A stretch of 32,000 nt of DNA, taken from NCBI RefSeq assembly GCF_000023205.1, contig NC_012803.1, positions 2,310,001-2,342,000 of the forward strand, read 5' to 3'. This DNA is from Micrococcus luteus NCTC 2665. Lineage in GTDB: Bacteria > Actinomycetota > Actinomycetes > Actinomycetales > Micrococcaceae. Position 1 is the first letter of the stretch. Each line of letters starts with the position of its first letter. The position numbers were made by a program, and so were the translations under genes. The notes beneath the pieces were generated by a model. The model was given only the letters and a program-made list of their open reading frames with translations, made no database searches and was not told the DNA's origin. Shown in pieces: positions 1-8,391 of this stretch.

Positions 1-1286
1 GCGCCGTGCACGCGATACGTGACGGCGCCGCCGTCGTCGTGGACCTCGCGGGCCACCGTGACCAGACGCGAGACGCGCTGGGCGAAGAGCACCAGCGCAG
101 TGAGCACACCCACACCCACGCCGATCGCGAGGTTGTGAGTGAGCACCGTGGCCGCCACGGTCACGGCCATGACGGCGGTCTCCGAGCGCGGCATCGCGCG
201 CAGGGTGGCGGGGCGCACCGAGTGCCAGTCGAAGGTCGCGGCGGCCACGAACATCATCACGCCCACGAGCGCGGCCATGGGGATCTGCGCCACGAAGCCG
301 CCGAAGGCCACCACGAGCACCAGCAGGAACACGCCCGCGAGGAACGTGGAGATCCGGGTGCGGGCGCCGTTCGCCTTGACGTTCATCATGGTCTGCCCCA
401 CCACCGCGCAGCCGCCCATGCCGCCGAACAACCCCGAGACCACGTTCGCGACCCCCTGCCCCCAGGACTCGCGCGTCTTGTCCGAGCGGGTGTCGGTGAT
501 GTCGTCCACGAGCTTCGCGGTGAGCAGGGACTCGAGCAACCCCACGAACGCGATGCCGACGCTGAACGGCAGGATCAACCGGAGGGTCTCCCACGTCAGC
601 GGGACGTCCGGCGGGCCGAGCACGGGCAGCGCATCCGGCAGCGCGCCCCGGTCCCCCACGCGCGGCACGGCCAGGCCGGCGGCCATCACCAGGGCGGTGA
701 CCACGACGACGGCCACGAGCGTCGCAGGCACCGCAGTGGTGAGCCGCGGCAACAGCACCACGATCGCCAGGGCCAACGCCGTGAGCGGGTACACGAGCCA
801 CGGGACGCCGATCAGCTCGGGCAGCTGCGAGGTGAACACGAGGATGGCCAGGGCGTTGACGAACCCCACCATCACCGAGCGCGGGACGAACCGCATGAGC
901 CGGGCCACCCCGAACACGCCGAGCAGGATCTGGATGACGCCGCCGAGGATGATCGCGGCGAGCAGGTGCCCCACCCCGTGCTCGTGGGACAGCGGCGCGA
1001 CGACCAGCGCCACCGCCCCCGTGGCCGCGGAGATCATGGCGGGGCGGCCGCCCACGATCGCGGTGGTGACGGCCATGGTGAAGGACGCGAACAGCCCGAC
1101 GCGCGGATCCACGCCCGCGATGATCGAGAACGCGATGGCCTCCGGGATGAGCGCCAGCGCCACCACGAGGCCCGCGAGGACCTCGGTGCGCAGCCAGCGC
1201 GGGGTGCGGAGCGTGCGCAGGACGGACTGGCGTTCCAGGGGCGTGGGCGCGCGGTCGGGCGCGGCCACGGAGGCGGAGGAGGGCAT
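1..1286 (-). CDS. SulP-family sulfate/inorganic anion permease, N-terminal ~428 codons (3' end lies beyond the left window edge)
   Basis: Absent from the ORF track because it is open at the window edge. My reverse-strand translation from the ATG (complement of 1284-1286) gives MPSSASVAAPDRAPTPLERQSVLRTLRTPRWLRTEVLAGLVVALALIPEAIAFSIIAGVDPRVGLFASFTMAVTTAIVGGRPAMISAATGAVALV... It continues through many hydrophobic segments (..GQGVANVVSGLFGGMGGCAVVGQTMMNVKANGARTRIST..). These are typical SulP/SLC26 N-terminal and core motifs. The + strand ORFs 6..1415 and 139..1299 are antisense shadows. Confidence 0.85.
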   Translation of the reverse strand, partial: MPSSASVAAPDRAPTPLERQSVLRTLRTPRWLRTEVLAGLVVALALIPEAIAFSIIAGVDPRVGLFASFTMAVTTAIVGGRPAMISAATGAVALVVAPLSHEHGVGHLLAAIILGGVIQILLGVFGVARLMRFVPRSVMVGFVNALAILVFTSQLPELIGVPWLVYPLTALALAIVVLLPRLTTAVPATLVAVVVVTALVMAAGLAVPRVGDRGALPDALPVLGPPDVPLTWETLRLILPFSVGIAFVGLLESLLTAKLVDDITDTRSDKTRESWGQGVANVVSGLFGGMGGCAVVGQTMMNVKANGARTRISTFLAGVFLLVLVVAFGGFVAQIPMAALVGVMMFVAAATFDWHSVRPATLRAMPRSETAVMAVTVAATVLTHNLAIGVGVGVLTALVLFAQRVSRLVTVAREVHDDGGAVTYRVHG

Positions 1287-1344
1287 GCGTCGAGGGTAGC
1301 GGCGGCCCCGGACGCGGCAGGCGCGGACGACGCGGAGCGTGCAC

Positions 1345-1971
1345 TCAGCCGAGCAGCTCCTCGATCAGCGAGGACTCCTCCCGATGGAGGCGCGCCACGA
1401 ACGGCAGCAGCATGAGCACGCCGAACAGCGCACCGTCCCGTGTGGTGCCGGCGGCCTCGTGATCCACCTCGACGCGGGTCAGGGAGAACATCCCACCCGA
1501 GTGGAACCGGGCGACCCGCCGTGGCCGGCCGCCGTCCTCCCCCTGTGCCCGCACCTCCACGGAGCCGTCCCAGTCCGCGCGGGCCACCACGCGACGCCCC
1601 TGGACCGTCCCGTCGACGGCGAAGTAGAGCACGTTCTCGCCCCAGATCTCCTTGAGCTCGTCATGCACGGGCGCCGGTGGCTCCCCCTCGGCCGGTGCCG
1701 TGACGTCCGGTCGATGCGTCACGGCATAGGTCGGGCGCAGCAGGCGGCCCACCGCGCTGCGCCACGTGGCCCGGCGGATCCCCACCGTGGTGGCGGCACC
1801 GCCGATCGACTCCCAGCGGAACGTGCCGGTGCGTTCGCAGCCCGCCAGCTCCCCACGGACCACCCGGCCGACGAGCTCGCCGTCGTCGCGATGCACCGCG
1901 ACGGTCCGCATGCTGCGCCGGACGGTGTCCAGCGTCCCCTCCCGGAACCCGTACGTGCTGGTGCGCGTCAT
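1345..1971 (-). CDS. hypothetical protein (208 aa), probably co-transcribed with the SulP gene
   Basis: ORF-track ORF with strong G/C third-position bias (ATG ACG CGC ACC AGC ACG TAC GGG TTC CGG GAG ...). Amino-acid composition is ordinary, unlike the overlapping + strand shadow ORF 1339..2562. I recognise no family by eye. Confidence 0.55.
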   Translation of the reverse strand: MTRTSTYGFREGTLDTVRRSMRTVAVHRDDGELVGRVVRGELAGCERTGTFRWESIGGAATTVGIRRATWRSAVGRLLRPTYAVTHRPDVTAPAEGEPPAPVHDELKEIWGENVLYFAVDGTVQGRRVVARADWDGSVEVRAQGEDGGRPRRVARFHSGGMFSLTRVEVDHEAAGTTRDGALFGVLMLLPFVARLHREESSLIEELLG

Positions 1972-2039
1972 GGCCCTCCTCTCCGCCCGCCGCGGTCCGG
2001 CCGCATGAGGCGTGCGTCCCAGTGTTCCAGAATCCCCGC

Positions 2040-2196
2040 GTCCCGTGGGCAGGGCTTCGTGGGCAGGGCTTCGTGGGCAGGGTTCCGTGGGCAGAACCGG
2101 CGGCGATTCAGGTTCCGTGGGCGGAAGGAGTCACTCTTCTGCCCACGGAACCGGCTGACCCGCCCACGGAACCGGTTGCCCTGCCCACGGAACCCC
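2040..2196. repeat. Array of eight copies of a CGTGGGC(A/G)G core: five forward, three inverted
   Basis: Forward cores start at 2044, 2058, 2072 and 2086 (14-nt period) and at 2116. Inverted cores C(T/C)GCCCACG start at 2139, 2160 and 2181 (exact 21-nt period), each extended to CCCACGGAACC. GGTTCCGTGGGCAG (2081-2094) is the exact reverse complement of CTGCCCACGGAACC (2139-2152 and 2181-2194). The array lies between the 3' end of the FtsX gene and the start of the 1971 gene. Confidence 0.8.
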
Positions 2197-2281
2197 GAGA
2201 GGCGACTCGGGCGGCATCGCCAGGGAGCACCCGCGCCGGCACCCACCCCCGCAGGCAACGGGCCACCCCCGCGCGCACCCG

Positions 2282-3376
2282 TCACGCCGTGCGCATCACC
2301 CGCACGGGGTCGCGGAACGCCGCGAAGGCCGCCGGGAGCAGGCTCGCCACCACGGCGGTCAGCGCGGCGAGCACGGCCACCCCCGCCACGAAGTCCAGCC
2401 CCAGCGCCCCGCCCTGCCCCACGACGACGGCGTAGCCCGTCCCCGCGCCCACCACCGCCCCGAGCACCGCCGGCGCGGCGGTGCGGACCGCCACGAGCAG
2501 CACGAGGTCCGCGCGGCCGATGCCCAGGGTGCGGCGGCGGCCGAGGTCGCGGCGACGGATGAGCACGTCGGCGAGCACCACGATCGCCACGAAGAAGGCG
2601 CCCGCCCCGAGGATGAGCAGCAGCAGGGACCGGCCGAGTCCGGCCAGCTCCCCGGTGATCGTCGCGTTCCCGGCGGCCAGCGCCCGCGCGGTCTGCACCT
2701 GCGAGGAGCGAGGGTCGGGGTCGATCACGGCCAGGGCCGAGTCCTGCATGGCGCGGGTGCCGGCGGTGTCCGGGGCCAGGACACGGACCTGCTGGACCAC
2801 GAGGGAGGCCGGCGCGGCGGGCACGGCAATCGCGTAGTCCGCGAGGTCCTCGAACGGGGTGAGCGCCTCGAACGCGCCCACCACGGCCCACTGGCGTCCG
2901 TCTCCGGACTCGAGCGCTCCGGAGGGCTGGGCCAGGCCCAGCTCGGCCAGCTTCGCCTCGGGCACCACCACCTCCCCGGGGCCCGGCAGGCGGCCGCGCG
3001 TGAGCTCGACGCCGCGGTCGACGGTGCCCACCACGTGGGTCACCGCCACGCGAGTCCCGCCCGCACCGATCGCGGCGTTCACCGTGTCCACGGGCATGTC
3101 GCGGGCCAGGGCGGCCTCGGCGGAGTCGAGACCGGCGAGGGTGGCGACGGTGGCGCCGGTGAGGAAGCCGGTGCCACCCGAGTCCGTCACGGTGAGCACG
3201 CGCGCCGCGGGCCCGGAGAGCTCCGCGGCGACGGCGGCCTCCGTGGCCGCCTGACGGCCCACCGTGGCGACGGCCGCGAAGCACATGGCGGCCACCACCA
3301 ACAGCACGAGGGCGGAGGGCACGGGCGCGGTGCGGGCGGCGGTGAGGGCCTCGCGCAGCAGGGTCCTCAGGTTCAC
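2282..3376 (-). CDS. ABC transporter permease, FtsX/MacB-like (4 TM with a large extracytoplasmic loop)
   Basis: ORF 2282..3418. N-terminal TM (APVPSALVLLVVAAMCFAAVATV), a ~200-aa loop, then three C-terminal TMs (LLLLILGAGAFFVAIVVLADVL...RRRTLGIGRADLVLLVAV...), which is the FtsX-domain layout. I prefer the GTG start at 3376 (VNLRTLLREAL): a GGAGG lies ~7 nt upstream and this start removes the overlap with the ATPase gene. Confidence 0.85.
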   Translation of the reverse strand: MNLRTLLREALTAARTAPVPSALVLLVVAAMCFAAVATVGRQAATEAAVAAELSGPAARVLTVTDSGGTGFLTGATVATLAGLDSAEAALARDMPVDTVNAAIGAGGTRVAVTHVVGTVDRGVELTRGRLPGPGEVVVPEAKLAELGLAQPSGALESGDGRQWAVVGAFEALTPFEDLADYAIAVPAAPASLVVQQVRVLAPDTAGTRAMQDSALAVIDPDPRSSQVQTARALAAGNATITGELAGLGRSLLLLILGAGAFFVAIVVLADVLIRRRDLGRRRTLGIGRADLVLLVAVRTAAPAVLGAVVGAGTGYAVVVGQGGALGLDFVAGVAVLAALTAVVASLLPAAFAAFRDPVRVMRTA

Positions 3377-3392
3377 GGGCGGGCCTCCGGGT

Positions 3393-4033
<641 letters not shown>

Positions 4034-4037
<4 letters not shown>

Positions 4038-5089
4038 GGGGCGCCGTTCAGCACGCGCACGGTCTCCCCGGCGTCCACGCCGTCCACCACGGCCAGTCCG
4101 TCCGCGGAGCCGCGGACGGTGACGGTGCGCTCCTCCGGGACGCCGTCGCGAACCACGGTGACCCTCGCGGCGCCGTCAGGCTGGGTGCGCAGCGCGGACA
4201 CGGGGACCACGGGCCCGGTGACGGGCGGGACCACGTTGACCTTCGAGAGCAGGGAGGTGGAGGCCTCGGCGGGCAGGGAGTCGCAGTCCGCGCCGCACAC
4301 CGCGCCGCCGTCGGGGGCGGTCAGGGGGATGCGGATCAGCCCTTGGTCGTCCGCGGTGGACTCGCCGGCCACGGCTTCCCACTCGTGCTCGCCGTGGGGC
4401 ACGGTCACCGCGGTGCCGGCCGGGATCATGGCGGCCTGGTCCTGGTTGACCTCGATGGCGAACGTGGGCTCGTCGCCGGGGCGGGCGACGATGGTCTCGC
4501 CTCCCGCGAGCGCGCCGCCGACGGCCGTGGCCTTCGCGTCCACGCTGAGCGCGGCGGGGAGTGATTCCAGCACCACGAGCTGGCCCAGCTCCACGGTGTC
4601 CGCGGCCGGGTAGTCGCGCTCGGTGAGCCAGCCGTTCCAGGCGACAGCGGTGGCCTCGTCCCAGGTGCCGGTGACCTCCACCTTCGCCCCCGTGGCGGCG
4701 AGCATGCGCTGGAACGCGGCGACATCGCTGCCGGTGGCGCCCTCGCCGAGCGCCCGCCACTGGGGCAGCTCGCCCTGCACGGTGATCACGGGCTGCTGCG
4801 CGACGGCGTACAGCACGTCCCCGGCGGCCACCTCACCGGACTCCCCGGCCCGGGTGACGACGCCGGACAGCGCGTTCACGGCGGCGGGCGCCTGCTCGCG
4901 CGTCACGGAGACGCCGAGGGTGATGACGCGGCCGAGCTCCTGCTCGGCGACGGTGACGAGAGCGTCCTCGGACGGACGCTGCTCGGCCTGGGCCGGAGGG
5001 GTGAGCGTGGCCCGGCCGGCCCAGAAGGCCAGGACGGCCACGATCAGGAGCACCCCGGCCAGCGTGGCCCAGCGGAGCGGCCGGGTCAT
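4034..5089 (-). CDS. Membrane-anchored peptidoglycan-binding / HlyD-like periplasmic-adaptor protein
   Basis: ORF 4034..5197. The likely start is MTRPLRW at 5089, an ATGA overlap with the stop of the lipoprotein gene at 5086. It has one N-terminal TM (WATLAGVLLIVAVLAFWAG). A PG_binding_1-like segment follows (GSDVAAFQRMLAATGAKVEVTGTWDEATAVAWNGWL), then a beta-rich C-terminus typical of MacA/HlyD-type adaptors next to MacB pumps. Confidence 0.75.
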
Positions 5090-5829
5090 CCGGAGGTGCC
5101 CCAGAAGACGTCCTGCGGGGGCAGCTCCGGGCAGGTCTGGACGACCTGCGTCTGGCGCTCCTCGGGCACGCCTCTCATGGTCGCCTGCAAGGGCCACCAG
5201 TCATGGCGGCCTGGTGTGAAGAAGGCCGTCACGAAGGACTCCTTGGACGGCCGTGTGCTGGTGTCCACAGTGAACCCCTGCGCTTCGAGACAGGGGATGA
5301 GGTACTGGTCCCAGTAGTCATAGACAAGGCGAAGCTGCGGTTCGCTCCAATCCTGGGTATAGCTCGGGTCGACTGGGTGCTGGGCGATGCAGGTGTTCAT
5401 CGCCAGCGCCCAGGCGCGAGCCTGCGCAGCCGGCGGCGTGGAGTATCGGAGACCGCCCGTCGGCGAGACCTCGACGGGGAATCCGTCTGCCCTCATGCAC
5501 GAGGCGACCTTCTGATCTGATTCCAGGGGAGTCGTGGACCAGTCCTTCCGCTGGACCTGAAGGATCTCGGGAGTTCCCCCGCTCTCTGCCAGGCGGTCCA
5601 TCTGTTCTCGATAGGCCGCTTCCTTCTCCGGCTCCGTCGCCAGAACGGGTTCGATGACCTCGGTCGGTTTCCATGTGGCGGCATCCCACACCTTTGAGGG
5701 GGTACTGCCTGTCTCCGCGTGCGCCGACGCTCCTGCGTCCGCGCCGGAAGCACACCCCGCCAACAAGAGGGCCCCGACGAGTCCGACCATGGCACCAGCG
5801 AAACCGCTTGTCATTCGCCCCTCAGGCAC
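5086..5829 (-). CDS. Lipoprotein of unknown function with an internal Cys-motif duplication
   Basis: Lipobox LLLAGC|ASG after a hydrophobic h-region. The motif occurs twice: SCMRADGFPVEVS and PCLEAQGFTVDTS. GTG start at 5829 (alternative ATG at 5814). GC is noticeably lower than in the flanking genes. Confidence 0.7.
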   Translation of the reverse strand: MPEGRMTSGFAGAMVGLVGALLLAGCASGADAGASAHAETGSTPSKVWDAATWKPTEVIEPVLATEPEKEAAYREQMDRLAESGGTPEILQVQRKDWSTTPLESDQKVASCMRADGFPVEVSPTGGLRYSTPPAAQARAWALAMNTCIAQHPVDPSYTQDWSEPQLRLVYDYWDQYLIPCLEAQGFTVDTSTRPSKESFVTAFFTPGRHDWWPLQATMRGVPEERQTQVVQTCPELPPQDVFWGTSG

Positions 5830-5858
5830 AAGACACCCCAGCGCTCGCAGAGAAAATA

Positions 5859-6185
5859 TCAGTAGGGGTAGTAGCAGTAGCCATTGCTACCCGAAAGAAG
5901 CAATGAGACCGAATCGGCCTTCCAGGTCTGGGTGCCTCGGAGACCAGGCTCCCAGTACCTCACGTAGTAGTTGGCTTTGGTACTCGACACTCCCCCAACC
6001 GACACCGTGAGGTAATCCCCGTACCGCTGCTGCTCGCCACGGACGCCGACATATCCACCTCCGGCACTGCAGTCCTGTCGCCCGGAGTCCGTCAATGCCT
6101 GTGCCGGCACTGCCCCAGAAACGGCCAACAATCCCGCGACGGCGATACCGGCCCCGACCTTTGTAACCCGCTGCTTCATACCCAT
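5859..6185 (-). CDS. Small secreted protein (108 aa precursor, ~77 aa mature), Gly/Tyr/Ser-rich with two Cys near the mature termini
   Basis: Sec signal MGMKQRVTKVGAGIAVAGLLAVSGAVPAQA|LT. Mature part: LTDSGRQDCSAGGGYVGVRGEQQRYGDYLTVSVGGVSSTKANYYVRYWEPGLRGTQTWKADSVSLLLSGSNGYCYYPY. GAGGAGG lies 6 nt upstream of the ATG at 6185. It is the first gene of the five-gene operon and lies in low-GC sequence. Confidence 0.7.
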   Translation of the reverse strand: MGMKQRVTKVGAGIAVAGLLAVSGAVPAQALTDSGRQDCSAGGGYVGVRGEQQRYGDYLTVSVGGVSSTKANYYVRYWEPGLRGTQTWKADSVSLLLSGSNGYCYYPY

Positions 6186-6229
6186 GACGATCCTCCTCAG
6201 GATTCAAGCTCAAATATGAGCCGCGTCAC

Positions 6230-6258
6230 ACACTAGGCGCTAAGGCCTCCCACGGCAA
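6230..6258 (-). promoter_or_regulatory. Candidate sigma-70-type promoter of the five-gene operon
   Basis: On the minus strand: TTGCCG (complement of 6253-6258), a 17-nt spacer, then TAGTGT (complement of 6230-6235), about 45 nt upstream of the ATG at 6185. The intergenic stretch is about 55% GC. This is a pattern match only. Confidence 0.3.
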
Positions 6259-6315
6259 GGGATTCTTCCTGGCCTCCTCAGGCCGTCCCGATTCCCTTTG
6301 CGCTTGCTGCAGCCA

Positions 6316-8391
6316 TCACCGGGCGTCGTCTCGTGAGGCCGCGCCGTCGTCGTCCTCCCCGCCCTGGAACTGGCTCATGTAGAGCCGGTGGTAGGCGCCC
6401 CTGGCCGCGAGGAGCTCGGCGTGGTTGCCCTGCTCCACGATGTCGCCGTGCTCCATCACGAGGATCACGTCGGCGTCGCGGATGGTGCTGAGCCGGTGGG
6501 CGATCACGAAGCTCGTGCGGTCCGAGCGCAGCGCCGCCATGGCGCCCTGGACCAGCACCTCGGTGCGGGTGTCCACGGAGGAGGTGGCCTCGTCCAGGAT
6601 CAACAGGGAGGGCTGGGCCAGGAACGCGCGGGCGATCGTGATGAGCTGTCGCTCGCCCGCGGACACGTTGGAGGCGTCGTGCTCGATGACGGTGTCGTAG
6701 CCCTCGGGCAGGGTGTGCACGAAGCGGTCCACGAACGTGGCCTTCGCCGCGGCGACGACCTCCTCGTCCGTGGCGTCCTGCCGGCCGTAGCGGATGTTCT
6801 CCCGGATGGTCCCGCCGAAGAGCACGGCGTCCTGGAGCACCATGCCGGTGGCGGCGCGCAGCTCGCCGCGGCTGACCGTGCGGGTGTCCACGCCGTCCAG
6901 CAGGATCCGCCCGCCGTCCACCTCGTAGAACCGCATGATCAGGTTGACCAGGGTGGTCTTGCCGGCACCGGTCGGCCCGACGATCGCGACCGTCTGCCCC
7001 GGCTCCGCCACGAAGTTCAGGTCCGTGATGAGCGGCTTCTCCGGCGTGTAGGAGAAGCGCACATGCTCGAACTCCACGCGACCGCGCAGCGGGCGCGGGA
7101 GGTGGGCGACGACGTCGGGCCCGGAGGCGGCGGAGGGCGCCGTTTCCCGGACGACAGTGCTCTCGGAGGGCGCCGTTTTCCGAACGAAAGTGCGGGCGGG
7201 GGTGCCGTCAGGGGTCTCCTCCGGCTCGTCGAGGAGCTCGAAGATGCGCTCGGCCGACGCCACGCCGGAGATCAGCATGTTGGACATGCCGGCGATCTGC
7301 CCAAGCGGCTGGTTGAACTCGCGCGAGTACTGGATGAACGCGGTCACGGCGCCGAGGGTCATCTGCCCGTTGGCCACGCGCAGGCCGCCGACCACCGCGA
7401 TGCCCACGTAGCCCAGCCAGTTCACCCACTGCATGATCGGCATGATCATCCCCGAGTAGAACTGCGCCTTGAACGCGGCCTCGTACAGCTCCTCGTTGCG
7501 CTCGTCGAAGCGCGCGGCCATGTCCCGCTGACGGCCGAACACGGTCACCAGCTCGTGCCCCGTGAACGACTCCTCGATGTGCCCGTTGAGCCGGCCCGTC
7601 TCCCGCCACTGCGCGGAGAAGAGCGCCTGGGACTTCTTGCCGATCACGCCCACCACCACACCGGCCACCGGCAGGGCGACCAGGGCGATGAGCGCGAGCT
7701 GCCAGGACAGCCAGAACATCATGCCGACGATGCCGATCACGGTCAGCACCGAGTACACGAGCGAGGCGAACGCCTGCTGGAGGGCCTGCTGGACGTTGTC
7801 CACGTCATTGGTGGCGCGGGAGAGCAGGTCGCCGCGCTGCCCGCGGTCGAAGTAACTCAGCGGCAGCCGGTTGATCTTGGCCTCGATCTCCTCGCGGAGG
7901 CGGAAGACGATGCGCATGACGATGTCATTGAGCACGCGGCCCTGCAGCCACATGAACAGCTGGGCCACGAGGTACATGGCCAGCACGATCAGAATCAGCC
8001 GGCCCAGCTCGGTGAAGTCGATCCCCTCACCCGGCGTGAACGCCATGCCGGAGAGCATCTCCGCGGCCCGGTCCTCGCCCTGGGCGCGCAGCCCGTCGAT
8101 GACCTGCTCGCGGCTCAGCCCGCCGGGCATCTGCGCGGAGACCACGCCGCCGAAGATCACGTCCATCGCCCGGCCCAGGACGTGCGGGGCCCACACGTTG
8201 AGCACGACGGCGACCAGCACCATCAGCGCGACCACCACCAGGCCCAGCTTCTCCGTGCGGAACAGGCTCATGAGCCGCTTCGCGGACGGCCAGAACGCCT
8301 TGGCCTTGCGGGCCGGCCCGCCGCCCCAGTCGTCGGTGGCGCCCTGCTCCTGGATCTCGAGGATCTCCTCGTCCGTCAGGTGCTCGCTCAT
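6316..8391 (-). CDS. ABC exporter, fused permease/ATPase (type-I exporter half-transporter, MdlB-like)
   Basis: Six-TM ABC_membrane domain followed by an NBD. Walker A GPTGAGKTTLVNLI, signature VSAGERQLITIARAF, Walker B LLILDEATSSVD. The ATGA start/stop overlap at 8388-8391 couples it to the partner gene. The TMD-NBD linker carries an in-frame repeat insertion (see 7137-7194). Confidence 0.93.
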   Translation of the reverse strand: MSEHLTDEEILEIQEQGATDDWGGGPARKAKAFWPSAKRLMSLFRTEKLGLVVVALMVLVAVVLNVWAPHVLGRAMDVIFGGVVSAQMPGGLSREQVIDGLRAQGEDRAAEMLSGMAFTPGEGIDFTELGRLILIVLAMYLVAQLFMWLQGRVLNDIVMRIVFRLREEIEAKINRLPLSYFDRGQRGDLLSRATNDVDNVQQALQQAFASLVYSVLTVIGIVGMMFWLSWQLALIALVALPVAGVVVGVIGKKSQALFSAQWRETGRLNGHIEESFTGHELVTVFGRQRDMAARFDERNEELYEAAFKAQFYSGMIMPIMQWVNWLGYVGIAVVGGLRVANGQMTLGAVTAFIQYSREFNQPLGQIAGMSNMLISGVASAERIFELLDEPEETPDGTPARTFVRKTAPSESTVVRETAPSAASGPDVVAHLPRPLRGRVEFEHVRFSYTPEKPLITDLNFVAEPGQTVAIVGPTGAGKTTLVNLIMRFYEVDGGRILLDGVDTRTVSRGELRAATGMVLQDAVLFGGTIRENIRYGRQDATDEEVVAAAKATFVDRFVHTLPEGYDTVIEHDASNVSAGERQLITIARAFLAQPSLLILDEATSSVDTRTEVLVQGAMAALRSDRTSFVIAHRLSTIRDADVILVMEHGDIVEQGNHAELLAARGAYHRLYMSQFQGGEDDDGAASRDDAR
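7137..7194. repeat. Family-A repeat doublet (unit about GCGCCGTTTCYCGAACGAAAGCGC), copy A1, inside the ABC exporter CDS
   Basis: GCGCCGTTTCCCGGACGACAGTGCTCTCGGAGG then GCGCCGTTTTCCGAACGAAAGTGCG. Units start at 7137 and 7170, a 33-nt period. On the minus strand this is translated as TFVRKTAPSES/TVVRETAPSAA. Confidence 0.85.

Noticed and set aside
6-1415. Long + strand ORFs (6..1415 and 139..1299) over the first 1.4 kb
   Set aside because: Their translations are His/Arg/Gly/Asp-rich or Thr/Ser/Ala-rich low-complexity sequence. The opposite strand encodes a clean SulP permease, so these are antisense shadow ORFs typical of high GC.
5859-6185. Assigning the small secreted protein to the lactococcin 972 family
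   Set aside because: The context (LolD/MacB-like ATPase) is reminiscent. However, I cannot see the conserved family pattern as I remember it (GGGTW.YG-type block, no Cys). The neighbouring membrane genes (FtsX plus adaptor plus lipoprotein) also differ from the classical 7-TM immunity protein. I keep it only as an analogy in the finding.
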